Virus record (IMG/VR): IMGVR_UViG_3300001799_000004
Location: 1-59,554 of that record
Strand: one strand, 5' to 3'
Length of the DNA: 59,554 nucleotides
From: a virus
Taxonomy: Duplodnaviria > Caudoviricetes
Part shown: positions 19,161 to 29,294 of the stretch, in pieces
Numbering within the stretch: position 1 is the stretch's first letter
How the letters are laid out: the number at the start of each line of letters is the position of its first letter
The notes under the pieces: generated by a model
The model's input: only the letters and a program-made list of their open reading frames with translations
Told to the model about the DNA's origin: nothing
Databases searched by the model: none
Translations under genes and position numbers: made by a program

Positions 19161-19247
19161 CGCCCGCGCGTAGCTTGGCTGTTGCTGACTGTTATCCGTC
19201 CTCGCTCTCGCTTTGCAATGACGGACGTATAATCCAACTACGAGGCG
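19161..19247. repeat. Long imperfect GC-rich hairpin between convergent genes
   Basis: CGCC/GGCG, CGTAG/CTACG, TTGG/CCAA, TCCGTC/GACGGA nested inverted pairs. Confidence 0.5.
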
Positions 19248-19372
19248 TAGCCGTTATTAAATCCTTGAGCAAAACATCCCCCTCTCCCCACTTCTGTTGT
19301 CTTTTTCAAGAAAACTAGTGGATGATTCATTACAGTAAAAATAAAACTCCAAAGCATATGCGCAATAAAATT

Positions 19373-21001
19373 TTAGTTTAACACTACTTTTCCTATAAAG
19401 GGAGAATTGTTTACGGAGTAAATTGTATAATAGTATATGCCCCTTGGCAAGTCACCAACGGGAATTGTGTAATCTTTTTGATTAAATGCCAGTTTTCGTT
19501 GAAACACTTCCACTCCAAGGGCATCGAAAAGACGTACAGATTCAATTCGCACATCAGCAATAGGACTTATATTTAGCTGATCATGTGCAGGATTGGGAAA
19601 AACACGTACGAATGCCTGCAATGTATCATAGTCAGGGATTGACTCATACTGCATTGCCAGTTCAGCTACCCTGAAGACAGGATTATAATAACTATTATTA
19701 CATCTCCAGTATGCGCTTTTGGTTCCGATAGCAACAACGTAATCAAAGTCGCTATTTTGCCACACACCCCGATAAAGGTATTCATCTCCCTCCTTGCCAT
19801 AGCAATACTGCCAGGTGAGTTCTCCATCTGAGTTTATTTTTGTGAACCAAACGTCTTTGGAATTACCCGGGGTAATCGTGTGAGAGCCCTCAACGTCCCC
19901 ATCTTTAGATGATGTCTCCCCAATAATCATGAATCCACCATCTGATGTTTTAAAGATGTTCCGGGCAAATTCTCTATAGGTACCTCCCAGACACTTTTGC
20001 CATATGAGGTTACCTGAAAAATCGATCTTGATTACCCATACATCGCCTCCATGACGGGGATCCCCGGGGTCGCCATGAAACCCGCTTACATCACCATCGT
20101 TTGACATGGTATATCCAAGAATAATATACCCGTCTTCTATCTCAATGACCTCATTGCCAAATTCATGATAGTTTCCTCCATAAGTTTGCTGCCATTCTAT
20201 CTGGTGATCTGAACTTAGCTTAACCACCCAAGAGTCAATATACATATAGCCATGAAAATTACAGGTCGTGTCGTAATTCCCCCCTCCCCAGCCATCCGTG
20301 CTTCCCACAACCATAAAACCTCCATCATTGGTTTGAATAATTGAGCCAGCATTCTCATAGCCAACACCACCAAGACTCATGGTCCACTGTTTGTCGCCTT
20401 CTGGACCTAGTTTCACCAACCAGTAATCCCAATTACCATGGTGATCCGTTATATCACCATCTTCAGAGGTGGATGAGGCAAGCAATACAATGCCACCGTC
20501 ACTCGTGACACAGGCCCCATTAAGGTAATCTCGGCCGGTTCCTCCCACAACACTTTGCCACATGATCTCCTGTTGGCTATTAATTTTCAACGTCCAGAGA
20601 TTTCCACCATCACCGGGCCATGGATTGTGTTCTATGTCACCATCAACAGAAGTTGTTCCTCCAACAATGTAGAAGGTTGACTCATTTACCTTCAAGATAT
20701 CGGTATAGCCAAAATCACCCTTACTCCCACCATAACATCGTTCGCTGATCAGGTTACCCTCCAGGTCAACATTGATCAGCCAGAGGTCTGTTCCCCCATG
20801 GTTGTGACTAATGTCCTCGTCCGTTGATTGAGTATCGCCAATTACCCAATAAGTATCACCGGCCCTGGTAATTCCATATGCTTCGTCCCATCCCGTACCA
20901 CCGTAGCACTGCTCCCATAATGGTTTAAACTCCTGGGCTTTAATATGAGTTGGTAAAAGACTTGCGAAAAACAATGTTAATAAAACAATACTAGTTTTCA
21001 T
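19373..21001 (-). CDS. Secreted repeat (beta-propeller-like) protein with T9SS type A CTD
   Basis: Signal peptide; repeated W..xxGG..D / DxWxxK units; VFPNPA...GIYY...KVV C-terminus. Confidence 0.85.
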   Translation of the reverse strand: MKTSIVLLTLFFASLLPTHIKAQEFKPLWEQCYGGTGWDEAYGITRAGDTYWVIGDTQSTDEDISHNHGGTDLWLINVDLEGNLISERCYGGSKGDFGYTDILKVNESTFYIVGGTTSVDGDIEHNPWPGDGGNLWTLKINSQQEIMWQSVVGGTGRDYLNGACVTSDGGIVLLASSTSEDGDITDHHGNWDYWLVKLGPEGDKQWTMSLGGVGYENAGSIIQTNDGGFMVVGSTDGWGGGNYDTTCNFHGYMYIDSWVVKLSSDHQIEWQQTYGGNYHEFGNEVIEIEDGYIILGYTMSNDGDVSGFHGDPGDPRHGGDVWVIKIDFSGNLIWQKCLGGTYREFARNIFKTSDGGFMIIGETSSKDGDVEGSHTITPGNSKDVWFTKINSDGELTWQYCYGKEGDEYLYRGVWQNSDFDYVVAIGTKSAYWRCNNSYYNPVFRVAELAMQYESIPDYDTLQAFVRVFPNPAHDQLNISPIADVRIESVRLFDALGVEVFQRKLAFNQKDYTIPVGDLPRGIYYYTIYSVNNSPFIGKVVLN

Positions 21002-21015
21002 AACTGAAAATTAAA

Positions 21016-21045
21016 TAGCAGTGGGCAAATGATTACCCACTGCTA
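21016..21045 (-). terminator. Intergenic hairpin between the two T9SS cargo genes
   Basis: TAGCAGTGGG / CCCACTGCTA perfect 10-bp stem. Confidence 0.6.
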
Positions 21046-21057
21046 AAATACAACAAA

Positions 21058-24000
21058 TCATCTCACTATAATTAATTTTCCCGGTACTGATCCATTTTTA
21101 CTGATCAGCACATAGACATATACACCTGAAAAAAGTTTGCCAGGTTGGTAAGAATAAATGCCTGTTGATGAATTGATCGAAAGAATATCAATTAAAGTAC
21201 CTTGTCCGGAATAAATCCTTATTTCAGCTTTTTCATTATTTTCAGGCAAGGAGTACACGAATTCAATCACATCACTTGCTGGGTTAGGTTTTGCAACAAT
21301 TTGAGCGGTTCTGGATACATTTGGTTCGGTAGCAGGCTTAGGTGTTGAGTTTTTCAAGTTATTTGACATATCAAGCTCGTTACAGTCCATGAAGTTATAC
21401 AAATTTCCATATGCGAACCCAAGGATACCTCTTGCTTGGGCTCCCCCCAGTCCTTGGCTGCTTTCTGCAATAAATTCCAAGTCTTCAAGTTCTATTTCAG
21501 AAAGCTCAAAAATACTTCGATCATCATTCAACCATCCGATCTGCATTTGTTTAAGGTCTGAATAGTATGTGTATTCTGCAGAGTCATAACCACTCAAAGG
21601 ATACATTGAAGGAAGCGTATCGAGCAAGTCCAATGCATTTTGGAACTCCCCGATGTGAATATACATGTCAATAATGTCTTGAGTAGAAGAAAAATTATTT
21701 AGCTCTTCCATCCAGGTTTTGTATAGGCCTGGATGCGCAATGGAATCTGATAGGTTACTTCTAATAATGTCATATGCGGCCCTTCGAGTAAGCATGTTAA
21801 AATGTGACACTTGTCCTTTTAACTTAAGGAGTTCGGATGAATCCAATAGCCCACCAACGCTATCTAATAGGTTCGAATATTGCAGGTAGCTAAGTTTTGC
21901 GGTTGAATAACTCGCTTCAGCTTGTTGGTATGCTGTATTACTTAACTTAATGTCATTATTCAAATAATGATCCGGGCACAGGTTCTGTAGATCAAGTTTC
22001 ACAGGGATAACTTGATAAACTTTCACAGGTTCCTCATTGCTAATATTTTCATTGTAAAAGTAATAGATTTCGTATGGTGCCCAATTATCAAAGTGGTGTG
22101 ATGCTGTAGATGAAAAAGTATTACCTGCAACATAACTTAAATTACCTTGATACTCTTGAATTCCAGATAGATTTTGCCCATGGACCGCAAAATCAACCTC
22201 ATTCTCCCGATTCAAATTACATAAATAGGTCAATCCGCTAAAGCGTTCACCTTCATAATTCTGCCCTTTTGCGTAATTCGCGGTAAACAGATTCACAAAA
22301 TCATTTTTGTAGATTTCATCATATTTATTGTTTGTATTTTTCGTTACGATCCCGTAATTACGATAAACCGCTGGTCCCTCGTTAATAAAAAATAAGTTGT
22401 TTTCGATAGCAAAGCGCTTGGAGTTGTCAAGCTGTATTCCAGTACTAGTGGCTTCGCTGCACCCAGGATGAGAACCTAATTCAAATGAATTATTAACAAC
22501 AACAGCATCTTCTACACTATTCAAGTGGATCCCATATCCGTTATTTGTGAAAACTCCGTCCTGGATCGAAATTAATGAATAGGTAGATACATTAGAAGAC
22601 ATGATTGCCTTATAAAAGCCATTAAATTCCGGTGTCACATAATCGCCTTTAGGGCATGGTACAGTGTTTGATTCACAAACACCACAAATATTAAAACCAG
22701 CATCAAATGATTGTATTCCATATACCGTAGAAGAACCTTCAATGTAATCATTGATAAATGTACAACCATGGAACTTAACTCCCTTTACTCCCCACATATA
22801 TACATGTTCAATATCAATATCCTGATACCCTGAGAAAGTGTTATCGAAAATAAATGTGCATTCTTTAAACTTACATTCATTGTCATATTCTATTGAGTTG
22901 AATATATTTTTATACCCTGATATTTCAATTGATCTTCTGTTATTTCTAAAAGTCGAATTCTTTGCAATAATTATTCCACCGCTATAACAACTACTATAAC
23001 CAATTCTCGTCCTTATTGCTGTCTGGGCGTTTTCAATTGTTGCATGGTCAAGAACAACTTTCCCTTGAGCCTGCGGATGCCCTGGGTAAGCATATTGGTG
23101 GTCATTGGGATTGCCCCAAACCTCAATACCTGACCAGGTGTCATTCTCTCTACCACAGTAAGGAATATGTGTGATTTTACCATTTTCTACAGTTAAGACA
23201 CCACCTGTTTTAACAATAATTTTTGTATCCTTCCCCATCATCAATTCTCCCGAAATCTTCAGGTTTACTCCACTCTCGATTATAATGTTTCTTGGAGAGT
23301 ATCTTCTGTTGGTCCAAACTTGGTTTTCAGTTACGTCTATTTCAGGTATGTAGTCAATGGCCTTGCAAACTGCTTGGTAAGTGTTCAACCTCCCAAATCC
23401 CATTTTCTCATTCCATAGGTTTTCATCGTATAGTACTCCACCTTCTTTATCTGCGGTAGTACTTAGAATATTCCTAACACTCCCTTCTTCTTCGACACCA
23501 CCATTAGAAAGATACGGGTTAACTGATAGCATTAAACCAATTGTTGCAGAAACCATTGGGGTTGAGAATGACGTACCAGAATTAACTACAGTTTGATAGT
23601 CATGTTTGATTAATTCTATATTTACACCCGGCGCCACTATCTCCATCTGCGCCCCATAACTAGATTGCTCCCACCATTCATCCAAATCTGTAGTTGCGCC
23701 TACAGCAATTACTAAATTGCTTCTTGCAGGATAATTAACATAATTGTAACCTGTGTTTCCAGAGGATGCGACCATAATTACCCCATTATCGTAAGCATTT
23801 TGAATAGCATCCTTGAGCACATCAATTTCTCCATGTGATCCAGAAGGCACACTTAGTGACATATTAATAACATTGGCCTTCTTATCAACTGCGTAATTGA
23901 TTGCGCTTTCAATCTCAGCAGTGAAAAAACTTTGACGTTGGTGGCATTCACCAAATTCATATTTCTGTTCAATATCAAGAACTTTGATTGGTAATATCTT

Positions 24001-24852
24001 CAATCCATAAAGTCCTGCATCAATGTCTCCACCTCCTATTCCATCAACAAGAGTTGAATTGTTAGCTTTTGCCCCAATAATACCGGCAACTCCATTTCCA
24101 TGCCAAAATTCATTTGTAGGTCTGACATCGTTATCAGATGTCTTAACAAAGGAGCAGTTTTCAATTAATTCAATATTATTAAAATCCCAACCTTTCATGT
24201 CATTAAGATAACCATTCCCATCTTCATCCTCATCATTTCCCTGCGGGTCATCATCAGTTAACCATGGATCAGAAAAGTTATGTTTAACAACATCATACTC
24301 ATTTTCTATCGCCCCGAAGTCATAATTATCCCAGCTTAGGCCTGCATCAATTACAGCAACAACAATATTAGTGTCACCCCGAGTCAAATTCCAGGCGCCA
24401 GGATTATTTTCATCATACCATACCCCGATGTTGTCAAGGTATGGATCAGCATTTTGGTTTTGTTGATCTTCCACCACTGGGATTGAATAGTAAAAATGAA
24501 TTGTTAAATTTTCGACAATCGGATCGTCAGAAATATCGTTGCAAATTGATACATAGTTACGTCCTACCGGTAGTAAATACTGTTTGTATTTACTGTTGAA
24601 CGTTCTAAATATTGTTAGGTTATTTTGCGTTTCAAAATAGCTAATCTGAGGACTTTGAATGATATTGCTGAACTTTACTGATACAATTGTGGAATCAATC
24701 AGGACCGTATCATATAATCCATAAATGTAATAATTCCCGTTAACATGCTGTATGGTATCATTACCAATTGTGAACTGGGTAGCAATAAGATTATTGCTCA
24801 CCAGGTACATACAGATCATTGCGATCAACTTAATCAATGTGTACTTTTTCAT
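21058..24852 (-). CDS. S8 subtilisin-like serine protease with beta-helix region and T9SS CTD
   Basis: Triad VAVIDAG, WHGNGVAG, SGTSFSTP; signal peptide; KPNPA...GVYVY...KLII. Confidence 0.9.
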   Translation of the reverse strand: MKKYTLIKLIAMICMYLVSNNLIATQFTIGNDTIQHVNGNYYIYGLYDTVLIDSTIVSVKFSNIIQSPQISYFETQNNLTIFRTFNSKYKQYLLPVGRNYVSICNDISDDPIVENLTIHFYYSIPVVEDQQNQNADPYLDNIGVWYDENNPGAWNLTRGDTNIVVAVIDAGLSWDNYDFGAIENEYDVVKHNFSDPWLTDDDPQGNDEDEDGNGYLNDMKGWDFNNIELIENCSFVKTSDNDVRPTNEFWHGNGVAGIIGAKANNSTLVDGIGGGDIDAGLYGLKILPIKVLDIEQKYEFGECHQRQSFFTAEIESAINYAVDKKANVINMSLSVPSGSHGEIDVLKDAIQNAYDNGVIMVASSGNTGYNYVNYPARSNLVIAVGATTDLDEWWEQSSYGAQMEIVAPGVNIELIKHDYQTVVNSGTSFSTPMVSATIGLMLSVNPYLSNGGVEEEGSVRNILSTTADKEGGVLYDENLWNEKMGFGRLNTYQAVCKAIDYIPEIDVTENQVWTNRRYSPRNIIIESGVNLKISGELMMGKDTKIIVKTGGVLTVENGKITHIPYCGRENDTWSGIEVWGNPNDHQYAYPGHPQAQGKVVLDHATIENAQTAIRTRIGYSSCYSGGIIIAKNSTFRNNRRSIEISGYKNIFNSIEYDNECKFKECTFIFDNTFSGYQDIDIEHVYMWGVKGVKFHGCTFINDYIEGSSTVYGIQSFDAGFNICGVCESNTVPCPKGDYVTPEFNGFYKAIMSSNVSTYSLISIQDGVFTNNGYGIHLNSVEDAVVVNNSFELGSHPGCSEATSTGIQLDNSKRFAIENNLFFINEGPAVYRNYGIVTKNTNNKYDEIYKNDFVNLFTANYAKGQNYEGERFSGLTYLCNLNRENEVDFAVHGQNLSGIQEYQGNLSYVAGNTFSSTASHHFDNWAPYEIYYFYNENISNEEPVKVYQVIPVKLDLQNLCPDHYLNNDIKLSNTAYQQAEASYSTAKLSYLQYSNLLDSVGGLLDSSELLKLKGQVSHFNMLTRRAAYDIIRSNLSDSIAHPGLYKTWMEELNNFSSTQDIIDMYIHIGEFQNALDLLDTLPSMYPLSGYDSAEYTYYSDLKQMQIGWLNDDRSIFELSEIELEDLEFIAESSQGLGGAQARGILGFAYGNLYNFMDCNELDMSNNLKNSTPKPATEPNVSRTAQIVAKPNPASDVIEFVYSLPENNEKAEIRIYSGQGTLIDILSINSSTGIYSYQPGKLFSGVYVYVLISKNGSVPGKLIIVR

Positions 24853-25355
24853 AACGTTTTAATATTGGTTTGTAAAGAATTTATTAGCTAACTTGACAAC
24901 CAATACATCGGAGAGGCCCTAGCCGGGCCATTCTTTAGGTAGGATTTCATGCAGAAGATATTAAACGGGAAGAACTTACATCCTTAGTAACAAAACATCG
25001 TCAAAACGCACATCTAAAATTCGTCTTTTTTCAATATTGTTATTCAGTCTAAGTACAAATAACCTATGATATATTATATAGGTCCTCTTTTTCTCCCTTA
25101 TCATTGCCTTACTCTAAGGCTAGTCTATACTACCTTAATCCCTCCTGTAAAGTTTCCGTTTTAACCACTTCTTAACACGGATTTCCGTTCTAATTAACCG
25201 AATCCATTCTCCTGCTGCTCGGTTTTTATCCTTATTTACCTCCTGTGTTTGTGTGTGTCAGCAGAAAACAACACATTTTCTGCTCAAATTAGGTGTCTAT
25301 TACAGGGACATATAATTTTACCCTGATTTTTACACCTTTAACACTATAAAAAGAC

Positions 25356-26762
25356 ATGGAACAATCGACAGGATTCCTGCTCATCCTTGCCTATTTCGTG
25401 GCCGTTTTTCTTATCACGCGGATGATCGGACGAAAGAGTTCATCAAAACTTGATTATTTACTTGCAAACAGGGCTATACCAGGATGGTTGGCAGCTTTTT
25501 CAATCGCTGCAACATGGGTGTGGGCTCCCTCAATGTTTGTTGCCTCAGAGAAAGCTTTCACTTCAGGATGGGTAGGCGTTTTCTGGTTTGTAGTCCCCAA
25601 CGTGCTTACCCTTGTCATATTTGCCTACTTCGCAACATGGATGCGAAAGAAATATCCTGATGGGTGGACATTCTCGGATTATATCCGGGCCAAATACAGC
25701 AACCGCACCCATAACCTTTACCTTGTTGAAAGCTTCGGACTGCAAACACTCAGCCTTGCCGTGCAACTGCTTGCAGGAGCAACCATCATGTGGAAGATTA
25801 CCGGACTGCCTTTCTTGCTGACTACGATCCTGCTTGCAATCATTCCTTTGATTTACACTTTCTCCAAAGGACTCCGTGCAAGTGTCATTACCGACTACTG
25901 GCAGATGTTGTGGATAATTGTAGTCCTGCTGCTCGGTTTACCTTTTATGTTTATCAATGGCGGAGGCATGGAAACCCTCATTGAGGGATTATCAGGAAAA
26001 GCCGGCGATATAACAGGCATGTTCAACGGCAAAGGGCTGGCTGTAACACTTGCCTTTGGAATTCCCACTACCATAGGTCTGCTCTCCGGTACATTCGGGG
26101 ACCAGATGTTCTGGCAAAGGGTCTTTGCAATAAAACAGGGTCAGGTTAAAAAAGCTTTCCTCTGGGCAGCTGTAATATTCGCCTGTGTGCCCATTTCCTT
26201 AGCCATCTTTGGGTTCTTTGCTGCAGGTAAAGGTTTGGATATTCAGGACACACAACTTGTCAATGTTGGAGCCGTGATTGCTTTTACCCCTAACTGGTTC
26301 CTGTACCTGTTCATGGTGATGATCCTTTCAGGGCTTATATCAACTGTTGACAGCATCATATGTGCTGTTTCATCCGTCACTGGCCATGACCTCTACAACA
26401 GGATTAAAAAGCTTGACCTTATCGATGAAGTGGAGTTTGCAAAATGGTCAATGGTGTTTGTTACAATACTGGCCATCCTTATTGCTAACATTCCCGGGCT
26501 GAAGATACTTCACCTGTTTCTGATATATGGCACTCTGAGAGCCTCGGTGATGCTCCCTACTGCCTTTGCGATCAAAGGTATCAGAATGAGTGAACGGGGA
26601 TTGTTCTATGGCTTACTTACCAGTATGGTTGTTGGGCTTCCAATATTCGCCATTGGCAATTTCTCCGCCAACACAGTCCTAATCGTCACCGGCTCACTCT
26701 TTACCATCCTTGCCTCCGGAATCATCTCAATATCCCTGAAAGATGAAACCGCTAAAGTTTAA
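25356..26762 (+). CDS. Sodium:solute symporter (SSS/SLC5), DUR3-like
   Basis: About 13 hydrophobic segments; YLLANR, SIAATWVWA, GDQMFWQR, SGLISTVDS. Confidence 0.88.
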   Translation: MEQSTGFLLILAYFVAVFLITRMIGRKSSSKLDYLLANRAIPGWLAAFSIAATWVWAPSMFVASEKAFTSGWVGVFWFVVPNVLTLVIFAYFATWMRKKYPDGWTFSDYIRAKYSNRTHNLYLVESFGLQTLSLAVQLLAGATIMWKITGLPFLLTTILLAIIPLIYTFSKGLRASVITDYWQMLWIIVVLLLGLPFMFINGGGMETLIEGLSGKAGDITGMFNGKGLAVTLAFGIPTTIGLLSGTFGDQMFWQRVFAIKQGQVKKAFLWAAVIFACVPISLAIFGFFAAGKGLDIQDTQLVNVGAVIAFTPNWFLYLFMVMILSGLISTVDSIICAVSSVTGHDLYNRIKKLDLIDEVEFAKWSMVFVTILAILIANIPGLKILHLFLIYGTLRASVMLPTAFAIKGIRMSERGLFYGLLTSMVVGLPIFAIGNFSANTVLIVTGSLFTILASGIISISLKDETAKV

Positions 26763-27012
26763 GGAGCATAACCAACAGTTGGGTCCACCACAAGGCATGT
26801 CAGAAGATGAATGCGCTTCCCTGCCTGTCTTTACCGATGGCAAACAATGTATTTCATGCTGGGAGCTCTCGCCAGAAGAAATTGACAAGGTTAAGAGAAC
26901 CGGCCGGATATGGCTTTCTGTGATGTCTGGCAAGACTCAACCACCGGTCTGGCTGTCAGCTGAAGAAACGGTCTTTTTCGAAAAACCTGATTTCCCAATT
27001 CATCTAAACTGA
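26743..27012 (+). CDS. Conserved phage hypothetical protein
   Basis: LPV...ISCWELS.EE..GRIWL...QPPV. Confidence 0.65.
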   Translation: MKPLKFKEHNQQLGPPQGMSEDECASLPVFTDGKQCISCWELSPEEIDKVKRTGRIWLSVMSGKTQPPVWLSAEETVFFEKPDFPIHLN

Positions 27013-27013
27013 T

Positions 27014-27325
27014 ATGTACGACTTTGAGTCAACCAGGGTTAAACCCGATACACAGCTCGTAGCTGAAGTCCAAAAAGAATTCAAGCACCTTGGCCGGATA
27101 AGACTCAAGCCAGGCCACAGCCTTTTTGCCTTTAACACCAAAACAACACACCTGAAAAAGGTTGAAATTCAATCACAGGTAATGATTGACGTCAAAGGGC
27201 AAAAGAAAGAAACCAAAAGAGCATACCAGGAACCTGACACGGTCTACGTCACGGCACTCAACGCCAGGAACGCATTACGCAAAATTATTAATAGTTTCAA
27301 TCACCTAAAATCTAATCAAACATGA
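27014..27325 (+). CDS. Hypothetical protein
   Basis: Coupled ORF. Confidence 0.6.
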   Translation: MYDFESTRVKPDTQLVAEVQKEFKHLGRIRLKPGHSLFAFNTKTTHLKKVEIQSQVMIDVKGQKKETKRAYQEPDTVYVTALNARNALRKIINSFNHLKSNQT

Positions 27326-27921
27326 AAAGGTTCTTTTCTATTCTGATGATCCTGCTTGCGACAGTCAGCCTATCCGGGCAGGTTTATGACGGTATCACGC
27401 AACCGACAAGGTTCAGATACTGGCTTCCGCTGACAACCTCTGTAAACACCCCGGGATCGCTTACCGCTGCCCCTTTTATGGGTTACAAGGTTCAACCTGC
27501 CAACTGGATATCGTTCACACCGATACTCCAGTACAACTTCAACCGTGAAGCGGCCATGCCTCAGCTGTGGCTTAACGTGAACTATCAGCAAAAGTATTAC
27601 CTGCTCTTCAGGTCCATCTATGACCTCAAGACAGAAGCATTCAGCGAGACGGTTTCCGGTACGGTCAAACTCAATAGTTATATGGTTGACTTTACTTGGG
27701 ATAACCTATATCGTAGTGACGGGTTTTTAATCAATGATCGATTACAGATCCTTGCCGGCTATGCATGGAAGCATCTGGTACTAAATGCCGGGTACTCGAT
27801 AAGGGACCGACCGGGATTTGTGACCAATGCACGTGTGAAGCTTACCAGCCTGTCGTGGCTACAATTCAGGTACGATTCCGGTACAGATACATTCACTCTT
27901 TCAACAGCAATACATATCTGA
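27322..27921 (+). CDS. Exported protein, probable outer-membrane beta-barrel
   Basis: Sec signal MKRFFSILMILLATVSLSG; alternating hydrophobic/aromatic strands to the C-terminus. Confidence 0.55.
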   Translation: MKRFFSILMILLATVSLSGQVYDGITQPTRFRYWLPLTTSVNTPGSLTAAPFMGYKVQPANWISFTPILQYNFNREAAMPQLWLNVNYQQKYYLLFRSIYDLKTEAFSETVSGTVKLNSYMVDFTWDNLYRSDGFLINDRLQILAGYAWKHLVLNAGYSIRDRPGFVTNARVKLTSLSWLQFRYDSGTDTFTLSTAIHI

Positions 27922-28730
27922 TGCAGAAAGTTCTGACACCAGGCAGAAAGCAGACTGCCAGCAATGAGGCTTTTCAAAGACTCTGGGACAACATCGACAA
28001 AGTTGTTTCGCGGGACCATATTGAAAGCCTCGTTGCTGATGCTGTTTTAACAATCAGATCAAAAACCGCTAGCAAGAAAACAGGTTATGCCTGGTCTGGT
28101 GGAAAAGACAGCATCGCCCTGCAGGTCGTCTGTGAGCTCTCGGGAATAAGAAGCTGTGTTATTGGCTTGTCACAAGCACTCGAATATCCCCACTACCTGA
28201 GTTGGATTCATCTGAACAAGCCCGCAGGACTTGTCACATGGGATGCCAACATTGGATATCAATGGCTTCTACAAAACCCTCATATGGTCTTTCCTGAGGA
28301 TTCAAAGCACCTTGCAACATGGTATTCCCTTATTCAGCATGCAGCACAAAAGGATTTTTACAAACATGCCAGTCTTGACATTATTTGTCTTGGCCGCAGG
28401 CATCAGGACGGTAACTATACCGGTTCCGGTGGTCAGAACATCTACACCGATAAGTATGGTATAACCCGCTTTTCACCTATCGCACACTGGAAGCACGAAC
28501 ATGTGTTGGCAATATGCCACTATTACAAGAACAGGAACATACCCCCAATCTATAACGACCCTCAGGGGTGGATCAACGGCACAGGCGTGTGGCCGGTACA
28601 GACATCGAACCTCGGCCGTAAGCATTCCTGGGAACTGCTTTACCAAATCAGCCCGGAGACATTACTCATTGCGGCAAACTATTTCAATGAAGCAAAATCA
28701 ATACTCCAAAGTCATGGCAAAGCAAGCTAA
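27921..28730 (+). CDS. PAPS-reductase-like PP-loop protein 1
   Basis: AWSGGKDS, CLGRRHQDG, SPIAHW; ATG overlaps previous TGA. Confidence 0.82.
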   Translation: MQKVLTPGRKQTASNEAFQRLWDNIDKVVSRDHIESLVADAVLTIRSKTASKKTGYAWSGGKDSIALQVVCELSGIRSCVIGLSQALEYPHYLSWIHLNKPAGLVTWDANIGYQWLLQNPHMVFPEDSKHLATWYSLIQHAAQKDFYKHASLDIICLGRRHQDGNYTGSGGQNIYTDKYGITRFSPIAHWKHEHVLAICHYYKNRNIPPIYNDPQGWINGTGVWPVQTSNLGRKHSWELLYQISPETLLIAANYFNEAKSILQSHGKAS

Positions 28731-29292
28731 AGTCAAACATGAAGAAACAACCCTTAGCCTATCGTTATTGAAGGACTTCCCGGGAAATCCCAACACACAT
28801 ACACATGCACAAATAGATGCTCTGGTTCAGAGCATGGAACGTTACGGCCAGTATTACCCGATCATCTGTGATGAAGATTATCAGATACTCTGTGGCCATG
28901 GAAAACGTCTGGCCCTTGAGAAAAAAGGCGAGAAAACGGCCAAAGTCACTATCATCCGTGGACTCACTGACAAACAGAAGATGAAGCTTCTCATTGAAGA
29001 CAATAAGATTCAGTCAATGAGTTACGTGAACTTCACGGAGGTTGAGAAAATCATCAAACAGATCGGAGAACTTGACATCATTGGCTTTTCACCTGAGTAC
29101 CTCGACACCATCATTAACGAGATTTCACCGGACAATATGGGAGTTGATTTCTCAAAGCCACCGCAAAGAGGTGACAACTTCACGCCTGAACAGGAAGCAA
29201 CTGTTGATGCACAGTTTGAAAATATCGAAGCCGGAATGAGCGGGGTAAGAACAATGACATGCCCACACTGCGGAGAACTAATCAATTTCTGA
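28714..29292 (+). CDS. ParB/Srx-like protein with C-terminal CPHC
   Basis: PGNPNTH, SMERYG..PIICD, ILCGHGK, EDNK. Confidence 0.82.
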   Translation: MAKQAKVKHEETTLSLSLLKDFPGNPNTHTHAQIDALVQSMERYGQYYPIICDEDYQILCGHGKRLALEKKGEKTAKVTIIRGLTDKQKMKLLIEDNKIQSMSYVNFTEVEKIIKQIGELDIIGFSPEYLDTIINEISPDNMGVDFSKPPQRGDNFTPEQEATVDAQFENIEAGMSGVRTMTCPHCGELINF

Positions 29293-29294
29293 TC

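Noticed and set aside
27765-29294. Long upstream starts at 27765, 28501 and 29259
   Set aside because: They overlap neighbouring genes extensively; coupled starts at 27921, 28714 and 29295 fit better
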